This document shows positions 50,301 to 62,913 of a stretch of 64,000 nt of DNA, piece by piece. Source of the DNA: Balanoglossus misakiensis (Eukaryota; Animalia; Hemichordata); the NCBI GenBank assembly GCA_040954595.2, contig CM082597.2, positions 9,517,778 to 9,581,777 of the forward strand, given 5' to 3'. Both the position numbers and the translations under genes were made by a program. The notes under the pieces were generated by a model. The model was not told the DNA's origin. It saw only the letters and a list, made by a program, of their open reading frames with translations, and ran no database searches. Each line of letters starts with the position of its first letter. Position 1 is the first letter of the stretch.

Positions 50301-53300
50301 GGGATTCGGGCCAGTTCATGTGATAACAATGTTTATCATATGCTCATGCTGATATCACCTCCTCCTAGTGATGTTTAACGTGAATATCACCACGTTTAGT
50401 GTGAAATATCACCGGTGATATTTCACACTAAACGTCATCATTTCTTGCGCTGATACCCGGAACTATGTTCATGAAAATGGCGACCTTAAATGTAAACAAA
50501 CATAACCTGATACAGGGCCCGGTTTCATGAGATTTGACATACCGGTAGTCAACATCGAAAGTCATGAAGTTCTGATGGCCACGGACATGTGTTATAAATA
50601 AAAAATTTATCTTGTGTGATTGATTTAGAAAAAAACACGATTGTTAGGCCAGGAAGAAAAAATAAATTGTTCATCGGAATCGCCGCTTCTACTTTGGCTG
50701 ATTTGGAAATTTTTGGGGGATCTCGGCAAATATTTTACTTCCGCGTTACAAAATTCTTAGTACTGCCGCTGGTGGCCAGAATATGTTGTGCAAACACCAA
50801 CTGTAAATGTAATGGCCTATGTTATTGTCGGGAAATATAGTATTGAATTCTGTTACAAGTACATGTATCAGTGTCATCGCGATGTTCATGACGTTCACTT
50901 GTTCATTGTTGTTGCACACCCCCAAAAATGTGTTCGATTCAAGTTCAATTTTCAAAAGTTTTGTTGTTTTGCATGATGCAGAGCAGTCCTTGAACAATTT
51001 ACTATTCTAAAACATCTTTGACTTATCGATGTTGTAGTTTCCTACCATTATTTTACATCTTAACAGTTATCCTCATACTTTTACATAACCGCTACGCTAG
51101 CGCTACACTTTAAAATGGCGCGTCACATCAACATCATCAGTCACGAATGAAGCCGATTTACAATGTTAATAAAATATCAATGTGCTAGGCGGAATAAAAT
51201 AATTCATAAACATTAAAATGTTCTCGCTTTATTTTTTCATTTTTCTTGTATATTCCGAGGTTTGAGCATATGATAAATCGGTTATCGCCCCATATCACCT
51301 CTTGTGGGTTGTGAGCTGCATCACACTCGTCTTCGACTCGTGTGATGCGGCTCACAACCCACACTCGCGGCAAATATGGCCCAACAAGAGGTGATATGGG
51401 GCGATAACCTCATAGTATGATGGTGCGTGTCATACCTGTATCCAACAAATCTTGGAGCAAATCTCTGTATTTGTGTCTTGAAAGCGGATGGGTTTATTGA
51501 TGCATCATACGATGATGACTTCCACATTAACTGCAGTAATTCTGCAAATGCTGCACAAAGAAGAAGGAAGCAATATAAACTGCATGCTGCTATTGATACT
51601 CATATGCCGCAGCCTGACACATACATATCCACTGGATAGCAATATATTTCAATATATCTGACACGTTACATGTCAAGTTTTCAAAAACTGGTGATGAATG
51701 AATGACTTACATTTTAACAAATACATATTTTATAACATACAGAGTAATATATGCGTCTATGCCTGCCAGCAATGAACACGCTGTTGTCTCATATCATTGA
51801 GGGAAATTAATTATGATCAATTCATGTGACAGTATAATACCCATTTGACATAACCTTTTGTCTTGAAACAATGCGAGTGTCAACACATGCACCAGTAAAT
51901 ACTAAATGTTTACATTGGAAGTCTGTTTTTATTCTCTCTGCATTCTTTGTCCAACACTCAGGCCCATTAACCTGCCAATTGTGTGTGACTCAGTAGGCTA
52001 GTTATACTTTGCGAAACAACGAAACAGCGAAAACAACGAAACATGGCGATACCATTATTAAAATAGGGGCCAGTCATCAAGACGGTGGCGTATGATTTTT
52101 TAAAGAAAGTTTCCAAATTAAAACGTAAGCGAGCCACGAAAACTACAGGTCAGATAAATTGTTTTCTCGTAAATTCAACATTAGAATCAAATTTGGCGTT
52201 GGAAACAAACGGCGGGTCGCCAGTTCCTGGTCTGCGGCCTGGTACTAGTGGTAGAGTCGTGTGCGCGCGCGTATATTCACTGTGTATATGTAGCAGTTTG
52301 GCATGAATAGTTATCATTTGCGAAACAGCAAAACAACGAAACCACAAAATTCTTTTTGACCTCAGGTATAATCCCAAAATTTACCTGTATAATTAAATAT
52401 AACGATTACAAATAGGTGTGATGTTGCCAAAATTACTCCCGCAGAAAATACGACGTACTACGTTGTATGGCAAGTGCGAGATCGTGACTGCTGATTACCC
52501 GCCATATTTGTTTTCGAAATTTATGTCGATTTCAGATTCAGATTCAGCCATGGATTCCGATTCACCAGTAGGCAGTCAATTTGTACAATATTTCTGATTG
52601 ACTGTGTTAATGGACTGTGAGCTGGTAAGATGTATATGGGTACAGGTGCAGTTCTGCCAATAACAGCCCTTCTAAAATATGTAATAAAAGATTGCTTTTG
52701 AACCAACCTGTCATAAGTTGTCCTTTCATACTGCTGTTTGATTTGTTCAAGTCTCTCTCATAATCCTTATTTAGACAATATTCCTGTAGAGGTTGTGTAT
52801 TGCTTAGGCATTGCAGTATGGAGTTCATGAAACACTAAAAAAAACAAAGACAAATTGTTAATTCTAACAAAGCCAATTAATGATCAATAAGAAGTTGCAA
52901 CCATGAAGTCATTTTACTACGGTATCTGGAATGTGATTTTCCCATTCCAAATTGAGGCATTTCAATTTGGACTCAGCTATTTTATGACACTGTTCATGTA
53001 AAACTGTGAATGCTCATATAACTCACAACTGGAAAACTTTCTTCTATAATTATAACATGTTCTGCTTTTCTAATCTTATTCAAAAAAGCACAGCTTTGCT
53101 GTAAAAGATGGACATAAGAAATTTTGATACCACACATTTAACACATTGCCAAGTTACTGTCATCCATGAACACAAGAACAGTTTTATAAAAAACAATGCC
53201 ATGAACTTATACACCCACTTCAAATCTCACACACACACACTATTTTCACTGTATACTGGAAGTGTGGTATTTGAAAATATCATTCCCGAAATACCACTCT

Positions 53301-56300
53301 CTGTTTAATTTTTAAACAAATTCATGCAAAACTAAAATACATAGAAACTATTGATACATGTACACATCCAAGAAATCCTGTTTTAAAGGGGAAATCCGGT
53401 CTAGCTGATTTCTACATAATTTGGTAGCTTTGAGGTCACTCTTTCAGAAAAAAACATATTCGCCATGTATAAGTCGCGCCATTTTTTACAAAGTCTAGGG
53501 AAAGTTGGCAGAATTTCCAATATGGCGTTTACTGTAATTTGAATCATGGGAAAAAAAGTGCAAGGACCAACTTCCGCCCACCTTGGTGTAGGTGATACAC
53601 ATTTTACGCTTTCTAAAACTTTCATGTTTACCCTTGGAGATAAACTCGCTGTAAGCCTTATATTTAATATGGCGATCTCAACATGTAAACACACAAAAAT
53701 AAATCAAACGCGAGTGGTTCGGACGTTAGGACAAGTTAAATGCATCATATTTGGAGTCGGTTAGGGGGCAGAAGTAGACAGGGAAAGGATTTTGCTTCGA
53801 TGAAATCGAATTTCGACCGAAAAAGCTGTGGTCCGGATCCGGACCGCAGAAGCACCAGTTTTTTCTATGGCGCCTTGCAGGGCTGTGGTGGAGGCCGTGT
53901 AACGCCGGGAACACACAGACCTGTACGCAGAGCTATGTGCTGAAGAGAGAGTGTCAGTTTTTGCTTCAAACACACTCAAAAGGGACGGACCAGTCCATGA
54001 ATTGTATTGTTTTTGATGGGCTAACAGCCAGGAGGTCATATAATTCCAGTAAGCCTATTTCCAAGCTTAAATATTCCTTAAAATGAGTTTTATTTGTGGA
54101 CTGTGTATACCCCACAAGTTGGCCATTCTTTCCTGGCAGAGATGGCATGTGACAATTGTCATCATCAGTTATACAATCCAATTACAAAAAAAATGTACAT
54201 TATTAAGAAGGGGCTAGTGCATGCCTCTTGCCTCTAGATGGCGCCCTACATAAGAGGCCACGGTTCAAGGTGGTAAACTTGACCTTTGAACCCTCGAGTT
54301 GCATAACAGTGACAATTAAAGCTGCAAGCAGCATTAAAGGGGCACAAGCATAGAGTTAATAACCATTAGACTCCATTCAGGGTTGTACCATTCAAATGCG
54401 TAGGCTGTATTTGCTCTGGATGTGGAGATATGGGGAAGTAGGCAACCACCCGAAAGGGATATCCTACAAGTACAAACACAACAACCAAAGGTGAACTTCT
54501 ACGTTGTAAGTACTTCAGTAAGTACTTCAAAGGTCAGCGGAGTATACCCAAAAATTAGGATTCTTATTTGGTTCATATTCAAGACAACGGAAAATCCTCG
54601 CCCTTTGGCTTTGTCAAATTAGATATGGCCATAATAATGAGTTACACAAGTAAGTTACAGGTGGCCCCAGGAATTTAGCATTTCATGACGCAGAGGGTCC
54701 TACCCTACCCCTCCAAACACGTGGCTATATATGATGTGCATGCTAACATATGGAAAGCAGGTCAATGGACACCTGAGGTCACCCAAATATTTGAAAAAAA
54801 ATTTTCATTCCTGTTTATGTCATGTGCAACAAATCCTACATTTGCAGCCCTTTCACTTTGCCTACCATTAGGTATGCACATAATACATGAATCAAGCAGG
54901 TGTCACAGGTATCCCCCTGTATTTGGCATTTCATGATAGTTTCATCCCTCCAAATACCAAAGCTGCACCTGTACAACGGGCTGAGATATGGCACTGTACG
55001 ACAGAGGTCATCCAAATCACCTTATACATTTGGGCAAAAACCAACTGACACTTACATTCGTCCCTGTGGAACAAAAACCACACATATCGCCCTGTTGGTT
55101 AGTGTCCAATTAAATGTACAAAATCAATGACTTAGGCAGGTGCAACAGGTGACCCCGCTTTTGGTATATCATTATGGTCCCATCCGTATATCCCCCACGC
55201 CAAAGCTGCATGCATCTGCTGTTATTCACTAAGCAAAAGTAGGTGAAATGTCACATGTCGCCCACAACTTGACAGGAAAATCAGACTTCATATTGATCCA
55301 TGTGCAACAAATACCACGCTAGCATCCCTTTCATTGACCCCACAATTACGCATGCACATAATTGAGTTACGCAGGTGTCACAGGTGACCCCCGAATCGGG
55401 CGTATTATTTTGGTCCTATACATCTGCATGAAGCTGCGTGCCATTACGGGCCACCTGATAACCCCCACGGCCACCTGCGGGCCGACCCCCATACTGAACG
55501 TTCAGTTGCAAAGTCACGACTGAAGTAGGAACTTTTGAACGGCAACGAAGCCTGATCTCTGAATATTGCTGGTACCATACTCCCTTCATGCAATAAAATC
55601 ACTGGTCTGCTTACGTATTTCGGCCGATTTCCCAAACTACTACCCACTACATGTGACTACCATGCTATTAATGAAACCTCCCACAACATTAGCGACTGAG
55701 GGTCAAAGTCCGCTGCCGCATTACATTGAATGTTAACCAGTGTAGCCGGGTCTGCGTAGACACATTTGAATGGCAACAGCTAACAAACTCAGCGTAATTC
55801 AATAAAACGCCCTAACACAGCCTGAACTCCGATAATGTGTTGTCCCAAAATTCATTCAGTGGAAAATAATAACTGGTCTGTTTACGTATTTCAGCCGATT
55901 TTCCAAGGACTACTGCAACCAGCCTGCTAATGAGACCTCCACAACATTACGTAATGACGGTCAAAGTCGGATGCCCCAGTGTTCGTCCTCAGCCCACCAA
56001 AAAATGCGAAAAATATTACAAAAATCTTCTTCTCAAAATCGACGTGGCCTAGGACCTTGAAATTTGGCACAGGGGATTTTGGCCACATGGTCTACAAAAA
56101 TCGCGAAAAGAACGTACATGCCCCCATTAACGTGCAAATTAGGTCAATTTGAAAATTTCGCTCGATTATAGCCACCAAGTCACGTGACTAATTACAAATT
56201 CAAAGGGCAGGTGCACTAGTACTCATGGGCCCCAACCACCATGCCAAGTTTCATAGGCGTAGGTCCAGGGATTTTTGAGAAAAACGGGAGCAAAAAAACG

Positions 56301-59300
56301 ACTCAAGAAGAAAGAAGAAAAACTCCAGCAATAACAGAAGGGGCCCAAGCGCCTGAGGGCGCTTGGGCACCTAAATACTTATGTAGTGTATTATTTTATT
56401 TTATTTTCAGTCAATCGTCCTTACGTCTATCGTTCTTACGTCTTCAACGTATGTCTATCGTCTATCGTCACAAAGTCCTGTATGGTTGATATCCTGTATA
56501 GTGTTGAATAACCCTGTGACAAACAATTTGGCACTAGCAGGGATTTATTAAGAGGGACGCATTGCGGAGAGATCTACCCTGACTGTTTACCCCAAGCAGT
56601 GCACAGGAAGTTTGTTTGTGTGCCGCTACATGGCGAATATGTTTTATTCTGAAAGAGTGACCTCAAAGCTACCAAATTACAGTCGAACCTCGGTATAACG
56701 AAAACGCTTACAACGAAAAACCGCTTACAACGAACGAACAGTCATAGTCCCGAATTGGTACCATTGTTTTCTATGGCCGTTCATACCACTTACAACGAAC
56801 GAACATTTATCAATCACCGCTTACAACGAAGACATTTTCATTGTGTTACGAACACTTTTTTGAATAAAGGTTGGAAATAAACAATGTGCAATTTGACTTT
56901 GATCAAACTAAAATGCCGTGTAACTTCTTCACACCTTCCTATGGCAGTCCAATGTCTGAATAGGGGTCGGGGCAGCAAATTCACGCCTATTGTTTACATG
57001 TGCTTACTAAGCATCACGCTTTTGACAGGTCGTTGGGCATCAATGTGAAAAAAGCTTTCAAGTCGTTTACACATTACGGGATTTTGACTTTGATCTTAAC
57101 TTTGAAAATGACCGATATGAGACACTCATCATGGTTGAAGGTGACATCGAATACCGTCGCGAACTGTTTTCGGAAAGTCCTATGTAGGAACGCGTCGACC
57201 GGTGTCCTTGACACAGCGAGTGACCTCTGGGCTACCGTTATGCCGCATATCTGCAGTCCCGCGAGAACATCGATGATGCTACCTACCATCATCTCTCTTC
57301 GATTGACGACACGATGTTTTCAACCATGTGTTCCGTTCAGCGACAATCGAAGTTTACGAACTTTTTTTCTTGCCCGCGTGAGTAACAGGTTCATGTAGTT
57401 TTTAATTCGTGAATTTTAACTTCTTTCCGCATTGTGATTTTTGTACAATTTATTTATTAACATACTGTACATTTATGTTTTGATTTTTCACTTTTTTATT
57501 AAGTACTGTAATAAAAAGTTTGTTTGTATGAAGTACGTGTTGTGTGCGTGTACGGGTGGGTGTGTATAATGGCCGCCATTTTGTTCCAGTGACACGCCCC
57601 CACTTTCTCTGTGGTTACAACGAACTCCGGGTATTACGAATAGATTCAAACAGTCCCCTGTTCTTCGTTATACCGAGGTTCGACTGTATGTAGAAATCAG
57701 CTAGACCAGATTTCCCCTTTAATGACTGGTTGTCAGTTCAGTTGCATGTACATGATACAAGATAGCTTCCGGTCACCAGATTCACAATGGGTGTACATGT
57801 ATTTGACACACGTTGGCTGATAATTTCACTATTGGCAGGTTTTCTACAAAGTCAGGTCTGCATATCACCTAAACATGGGTGCATGGAGCTTAATTGAAGC
57901 ATTACAGTATATGGTGCACATTCCATTACAGAAGCAAGTTATATAACTCTACAATGGATAAGTTCATCATGAAACAAAAGTTTTGATTAACAGAAAATAA
58001 ATGAGCAACCCTACAATCCATACAAATTCAGAAAGCTTAAAAATTGAGGAACACAAGGGTCACATGACAACAATTACCAAAACCGGACCAAATCAGTTTT
58101 TTCCCCAGACGGGCAGTATTACTCTGTAAACAGTATGTTTTCCATAAAATGAGTACTGAGTTACACAAAAGAATTTATCATCCTTAAATCAACTGTCTAT
58201 GCATCTCATTTTTGATGTCAACTTTATAACACAAGAACCTGTAATGTAACGCAGTTCATAAAACTTACTGTGTTCCCAAGATTTTTCAGTCCCATCAAAC
58301 CAATGCTACTAACTCCACTTGTACTACTACTCCGTCGACCGGTCTGTGAAGAAAAGAAAATTGGGGAAAATGAGGTTATTACATCAATACTGCAGTCGTT
58401 TTTTTATCACTTTTTTTCTTATAAATAACCCATTCTTTTTCAAATTGCAAGCCAGTGTCTGCATCAAATTCAGTCAACCTTTTCTAAATTTGTCATTTCT
58501 TTATATAGTTTTCATTTCTGTCAATTTCCTTTCCTTGCACCTTTTCCCATTTATCCCCTCAGTTTATTGCTTTATCACATGCATTTTGTATGCCTATCTT
58601 TCGTTACACGAGGCTACCCTCAAAACAGCTTTCAATGAAATGTATTTAATAATGTTTTATTAATATTATTATAGACCTTCTATCAAAGTTTATAAAATTT
58701 ATATGGATTTGATGCAGTGTTTGACCTTTTTTCTATTGAATTCAATAGAAATGTCAAAATCTACAGAATGATTTAGGGCTCTAAAGAACAAGTTTCATAG
58801 GGGATAACCCTATACAAATGAAACTATTATGACTAAGTACATGTAATTTAACTAAAAACTTGGCATCATTCACCAACCCATTCATTATTTTTCTTTAATT
58901 CTTCGATATCAAATGACGTCAGACGCGCTCAGGTGGCAGTTACGTTCGCATTCAAATTTCCAGATGACGGGCAACTTCAGCAACGTGGACTTACATGGTG
59001 CAGGTTTTGCAGACAAAAACTGTGCAGACGAAATGCAATGGAGGCTGATGAGGCACCATACCTGATCCATGTTATGTGTTTGGCGGCTCTGAAGTAAAAA
59101 CATACTCGGAAAAACTTTTACTGGATGCCGAAATATTGCTTGCCCGTCATCTGAAAATGGAACGCCGTGGGTCACATGGCCAGATCACGTGATTGATAGT
59201 AAAGAATGTGTCATTAACCAGATGAATTTGAAATTTCAGTACAATTTACTGACAATCACAAGGCTACTGTTGTGTACACATACATTGCACAGCTGGTTAC

Positions 59301-61667
59301 ATTCTGTACTTAAGGCTAGTAGCATAGGGTAGATGATTATGAAGTGGCTAATATATAATATTAGCCATAAATTTCACAACCCTATACTACTAGCCTTACA
59401 CATGAATGTAACCAAGCTGTCATTTTCACAGCCCGACAAGTATGCCCAACAGCCAGTGATGCTTGTAACACAATCACTAAACACTTCAACAACACAGCCA
59501 CGGACAAACCCTTCGTGTAGACAGTACTAACAGGACTACTGTGTGGCAAAATGTCCACATTACTGCAAGAGAGATGTCAAATCAGTTACAAACAGGTTGG
59601 GGGACAGATACAGTCATCATTGAGTGATATCAACAACCACCCCTGCATTAAAGCCCCATGAGCTGGATAATTATCATCATTATACATCTGGCACTGAGAA
59701 CAGAATTTGGCTACGCGTCGGGTGATACACGGCGCTAATGTCCTTGTGCATACTTTGCGGTATTTTCGTAATACGTGTAACCTCATTAAAGTCATATACT
59801 TTTTCAAATATTACTAATATTAGGCCATACAGATGTATGCACAGAAGTATACAAGTATTATGAACCCTAACTATGAGTATATGTGCAAGTTTTAACATAA
59901 ATAAAGAAGCTTTCACAAAGGAATATGGCCGCTACTGTGGGAAAATACAAAATACAATGAAAATGTTGCATTTCCCACTTTGAAACTTTATAAACAAAAG
60001 GATGATCTCATTTTCCTCCACTAAAATACATAGAAGTAAATGTACTCCACTGAGACATTGCATTTTCATTTTTCATTGCAATACTTCACCTTTGTACTGA
60101 TATTTCTTTTACTTTTTGGCTATTTTGTCATAAATAAGTGTTTTCTTGATATACTATCAGACAATATCATTTTTAATATAGACAGAATTAAAAGCATATC
60201 CGAGATTAGTTAAAAATTAAAATTTGTTATTTGAGTGTCAGCTCATAAGGTTTTAAACAGAGCTCATCCCTATACAATGACTCTACAAGGAGTACTGTCC
60301 AAAATGTTGCTTAACGCCATTGACGGCTTCCCTTATGTGAAAAAACACATTCCGTTACACACCTTCAAAATTAATTTGCTCTTTTTAGAGGTGTTGGTAG
60401 AAGGCCATGGGCTGCAGGTCTGTAAAAGCAGTGTGTTCTTTTCAGCTGTACATCTTGTAGATTTTAGTATTCTTTAACATCAATCACGTGATCTGGCCAT
60501 GTGTACCATGACATTGTCATTTCCAGTTGACGGGCAAACAATATTTCGGCATCCAGTAAAGGTTTTTTGGGTATGTTTATACTTTAGACCCGCCAGACAC
60601 GTAACATGTATCAGACATCATGGTGCCTCATCAGCGTCTTGGCGTTTCGTCTGCACCACGTTGCTGAAGTTGCCCGTCAGCTGGAAATTTGAATGCCAAC
60701 GAAACTGCGTCTGACGTCATTTAATATCAAAGAATATGCTTTCAACACTATGGTAATTTTCTTAGTACTACATGATAGGACAGACTCAACACTATTCCAT
60801 CCACATTCAAAATTACACAACACAGATACTTACATATCCAGTATATAAAGTGTAAGACTCAGTCTTTGTCATTTTTGTCCTTTCTCTTGACAAGATGTCA
60901 GACTCTTGTGAGCTTGAACGGCTGTTAAGTTTTGGTGGAATTTTTGCAGTAATTGTCTCTTTGGAACTGCTAGTATATCCACTGCTGGTACTGAACGGAT
61001 GGGAAGACTTGGTGTTTTTATTTGAGAAGTGAGATGAATATGTTGATGAATATGTTGGCTTATGTTGTGAATGAAAAATATCATCTTGTGTATCTTCATG
61101 ATCTGTGATTTTCGATTTCTGCAGTAAGTCATATCTTTTGCTGGAATCTATATGATCAGACATGTTTGTCAAACTGCCTCTGCTGTGACGATTTGTTCTC
61201 TTTAGTGTAGATGTAGAGCTTTCATTAATATCCACTTTAGCAAAGTCAGTTGTAATATCTGACATGCTTTGAGTCCTGTTAGACTTAGTCAAAGATCCCC
61301 TACGTGTTGGCAAAATGGAAGGACTATAGGTGTTTATATCACTGCCACTTATATAGTTCGATGATTTATCTGTGTGCACTGGTTTGATTGGTGCATGTGC
61401 TGTTCTACCGGTGTCATGTTTCTTTAGGTTTTCCCTAAAGTATGTTTTATCCAATCTGCTCCCATCAGAATTCAAAGGTCCAGGTCCGGCTGGTAATGGC
61501 CGAGGTGGACGAGTATGTCTTGTACTTCCATACATCATTGGGCTATTATCATAATGGCTGGGTGATGAGTAGTCATTGTTGCGTCTCCTTGTAGCTGGGC
61601 TACTCATTTGGTGACGCATCATTTTAGGTGAGACTATTCTGTAGCTTGCTGTTGTAGGTGATGACAT
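32226..61667 (-). CDS. USP2: Ubiquitin carboxyl-terminal hydrolase 2-like (USP2/USP21 family, peptidase C19), 11 coding exons, 636 aa
   Basis: Cys box [21 protein letters not shown]; [16 protein letters not shown]; [13 protein letters not shown]...[12 protein letters not shown]; His box [22 protein letters not shown]; AYVLFYE. Exon lengths sum to 1911 nt and all phases are consistent. Confidence 0.95.
32475..34790 (+). mobile_element. Degraded Gypsy LTR retrotransposon in the USP2 last intron, antisense to the host
   Basis: LTR-like TG...ACA (~32475-32679) with AATAAA, PBS TGGCGACGAG at 32681, gag-like [20 protein letters not shown], RNase H ADASPVGL and TDHRPL, integrase zinc-finger region H.GI...VWWPGID; no 3' LTR seen. 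Confidence 0.85.
36302..39870 (-). mobile_element. Degraded AcademX-like DNA transposon ORF (transposase core, XPG/PIN-like nuclease, Cys-rich CXC tail)
   Basis: VSGDGKTY...FPGDWH.LKNFQ (39290-39140), [24 protein letters not shown]...SPDTD...[10 protein letters not shown]-terminal [16 protein letters not shown]...[12 protein letters not shown]; several stops and frameshifts; termini not resolved. Confidence 0.75.
41627..41750 (-). CDS. USP2: USP2 exon with the His box
   Basis: [40 protein letters not shown]. Confidence 0.95.
42735..43147. mobile_element. TTAA-target (Kolobok-like) MITE
   Basis: ttaa-GGATGTACG...CGTACATCC-ttaa. Confidence 0.75.
43203..43307 (-). CDS. USP2: USP2 exon
   Basis: [34 protein letters not shown]. 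Confidence 0.94.
43308..45313 (-). other. U12-type (minor spliceosome) GT-AG intron
   Basis: 5' splice site GTATCCTTTT; branch site TCCTTAAC (43328-43321) about 13 nt before the 3' end; no polypyrimidine tract. Confidence 0.93.
43620..44183. mobile_element. Foldback element with ~240-bp TIRs and an 8-bp TSD
   Basis: cggtcaca-GGCTAGTTATACTTTGCGAAAC...GTTTCGCAAAGTATAACCAGCC-cggtcaca. Confidence 0.85.
45314..45392 (-). CDS. USP2: USP2 exon preceding the U12 intron
   Basis: [26 protein letters not shown], then |GTATCCTTT. Confidence 0.94.
45881..45973 (-). CDS. USP2: USP2 exon
   Basis: [31 protein letters not shown]. Confidence 0.94.
46629..46797 (-). CDS. USP2: USP2 exon
   Basis: [56 protein letters not shown]. 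Confidence 0.95.
48034..48144 (-). CDS. USP2: USP2 exon
   Basis: [36 protein letters not shown]. Confidence 0.95.
48494..48942. mobile_element. MITE with ~35-bp TIRs
   Basis: ctggtaggaacagagggtccctgtgcaccc ... gggttcacgggaaccccctgttcctaccag. Confidence 0.65.
49013..49573. mobile_element. AcademH-type 561-bp near-perfect palindrome with a 9-bp TSD
   Basis: taaggcagt-TAGTCTCGGTTACCCAGAC...GTCTGGGTAACCGAGACTA-taaggcagt. Confidence 0.9.
50332..51409. mobile_element. IR-spacer plus hairpin element E, with a nested MITE fragment
   Basis: Inverted repeats tttatcatatgctca 50332-50346 / 51263-51277; hairpin 51280-51409. Confidence 0.7.
51436..51550 (-). CDS. USP2: USP2 exon
   Basis: [37 protein letters not shown]. 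Confidence 0.95.
51996..52305 (+). repeat. Single arm of the GGCTAGTTATAC foldback family
   Basis: Near identity to 43620-43915. Confidence 0.8.
52708..52834 (-). CDS. USP2: USP2 exon containing the catalytic Cys
   Basis: [42 protein letters not shown]. Confidence 0.95.
54318..56374. mobile_element. Nested non-autonomous element ending in a GC-rich hairpin (Helentron/HINE-like, tentative)
   Basis: Starts near aaagctgcaagcagc, has internal ~240-bp imperfect tandem units, ends gggcccaagcgcc-tgag-ggcgcttgggcacctaa. Confidence 0.4.
56680..57686. mobile_element. pogo/Tigger-like non-autonomous element
   Basis: ta-CAGTCGAACCTCGGTATAACGAA...TTCGTTATACCGAGGTTCGACTG-ta; subterminal (ta)caacgaa repeats. 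Confidence 0.85.
58269..58343 (-). CDS. USP2: USP2 exon ([25 protein letters not shown])
   Basis: cacag| acceptor, |gtaagt donor; first half of the Cys box. Confidence 0.93.
60834..61667 (-). CDS. USP2: USP2 large N-terminal Ser/Thr-rich exon (coding part)
   Basis: Long open frame; acceptor ttcgttacag gives exon start 61776; donor gtaagt at 60833 in phase 0, matching the next exon. The start codon is inferred. Confidence 0.8.
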
Positions 61668-62913
61668 AGTCTGCTTGCAAGATGATAGGCCTTGGTTGGA
61701 CACACTCTGAAATTGCTAGGCACCTCTGCCATCAGCATCAATGTAATTTGATATGTAGTATCATTTTGCACATTCTCTGTAACGAAAAAAGATGTGTTGA
61801 AACATAACATTTTGAACTCAAATCATACATTAGCTACTGTGGTGTATTACACAATCCTGGTTTGTACCATGATACAAACAAAACCAAATGTGAAAAATGA
61901 CCAGAGAAATATGAATATTCCTATATTCACACTTACCCACCCACTTGTATTTATTTGTAACAATATCATATGACAAACCCCACATCTTTTTTTACAGGAC
62001 TCTGCAGTAAGTATGTGTGCAACATTTCTTTTCCCGAGTAGGCCTATTGACAAGTTTCGTAAATCTGTAAGATTATGACCCCAGGTATTAACCTTAAAAA
62101 TCATGAACTGGTAACATAACACAAAACTGGCAGCACTTTGAAGGTGTATGAATGAATATCACTTTATGAAAAGTGTGTCTTTGTCATAAAATGTAAAACT
62201 TTAGCAACTTTTCCAAAAGTCAGTTTGTATAAATTCTGCTCAATCGTCTTTCATCCACTATTGTTACAGGAGTGAATTCATGTAAATCATTCAATTCAAT
62301 TATTCTGATGTCATTAAGCATTCATTGTGTAACCAGCCATACCTTCAATTATTTATTTCGATTTTCAAATTCAGGGAGGTCAAATGCGGGATTCAACATT
62401 AATTTTGAGCAGACTAACTTCAGCCAGAACAATCTTCATACTGCGAAACCAACATTGCCATAGTTAGGAACTAGAATGGCCCTGGGATATGTACATGTAC
62501 CGATTAAATACCATGCATGTGTTGGTCGGGAGAGGGGGCACTGTACTCTGCTGTGTATGTACTACAATTATTAATATGTACATATGTACATGTACGGTAT
62601 ATGTACCCCAACTTGCAACTAAAAAAGGATTTGAAACGAAAGTAACATTAAGGGATTACGAACTTTCAGCTATGTGTAAATTGTATACAACATGGTAGTC
62701 ATATCGTCACAGTCCGGATACTATGTGTCGTTTACCTTGGGTGACTGCTGTTTTAAAATTTGACACATGAAAATATCGATTAGTCTCTGTCAAATGTCGG
62801 CTACTGTTTACCTGTCCATGATCACTGTGACTGACGTGCGAGTAACGTCTTCCAATAACTCTACAGTATAAATAAATAAACGATGAGTTTCTGAACTACA
62901 GTTGAACACTTAC

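Larger units (their letters stand above)
53387..57718. mobile_element. Large TTAA-target (Kolobok-like) non-autonomous element with nested insertions
   Basis: ttaa-AGGGGAAATCCGGTCTAGCTGATTTCTACA...TGTAGAAATCAGCTAGACCAGATTTCCCCT-ttaa; right TIR is split by 56680-57686. Confidence 0.8.

Noticed and set aside
57000-57398. 132-aa ORF as a gene
   Set aside because: Lies inside the pogo/Tigger-like element; at most a decayed transposase remnant.
59586-59916. CpG-containing patch as an alternative first exon for a short USP2 isoform
   Set aside because: The position is suitable, but I found no strong donor and no recognisable peptide.
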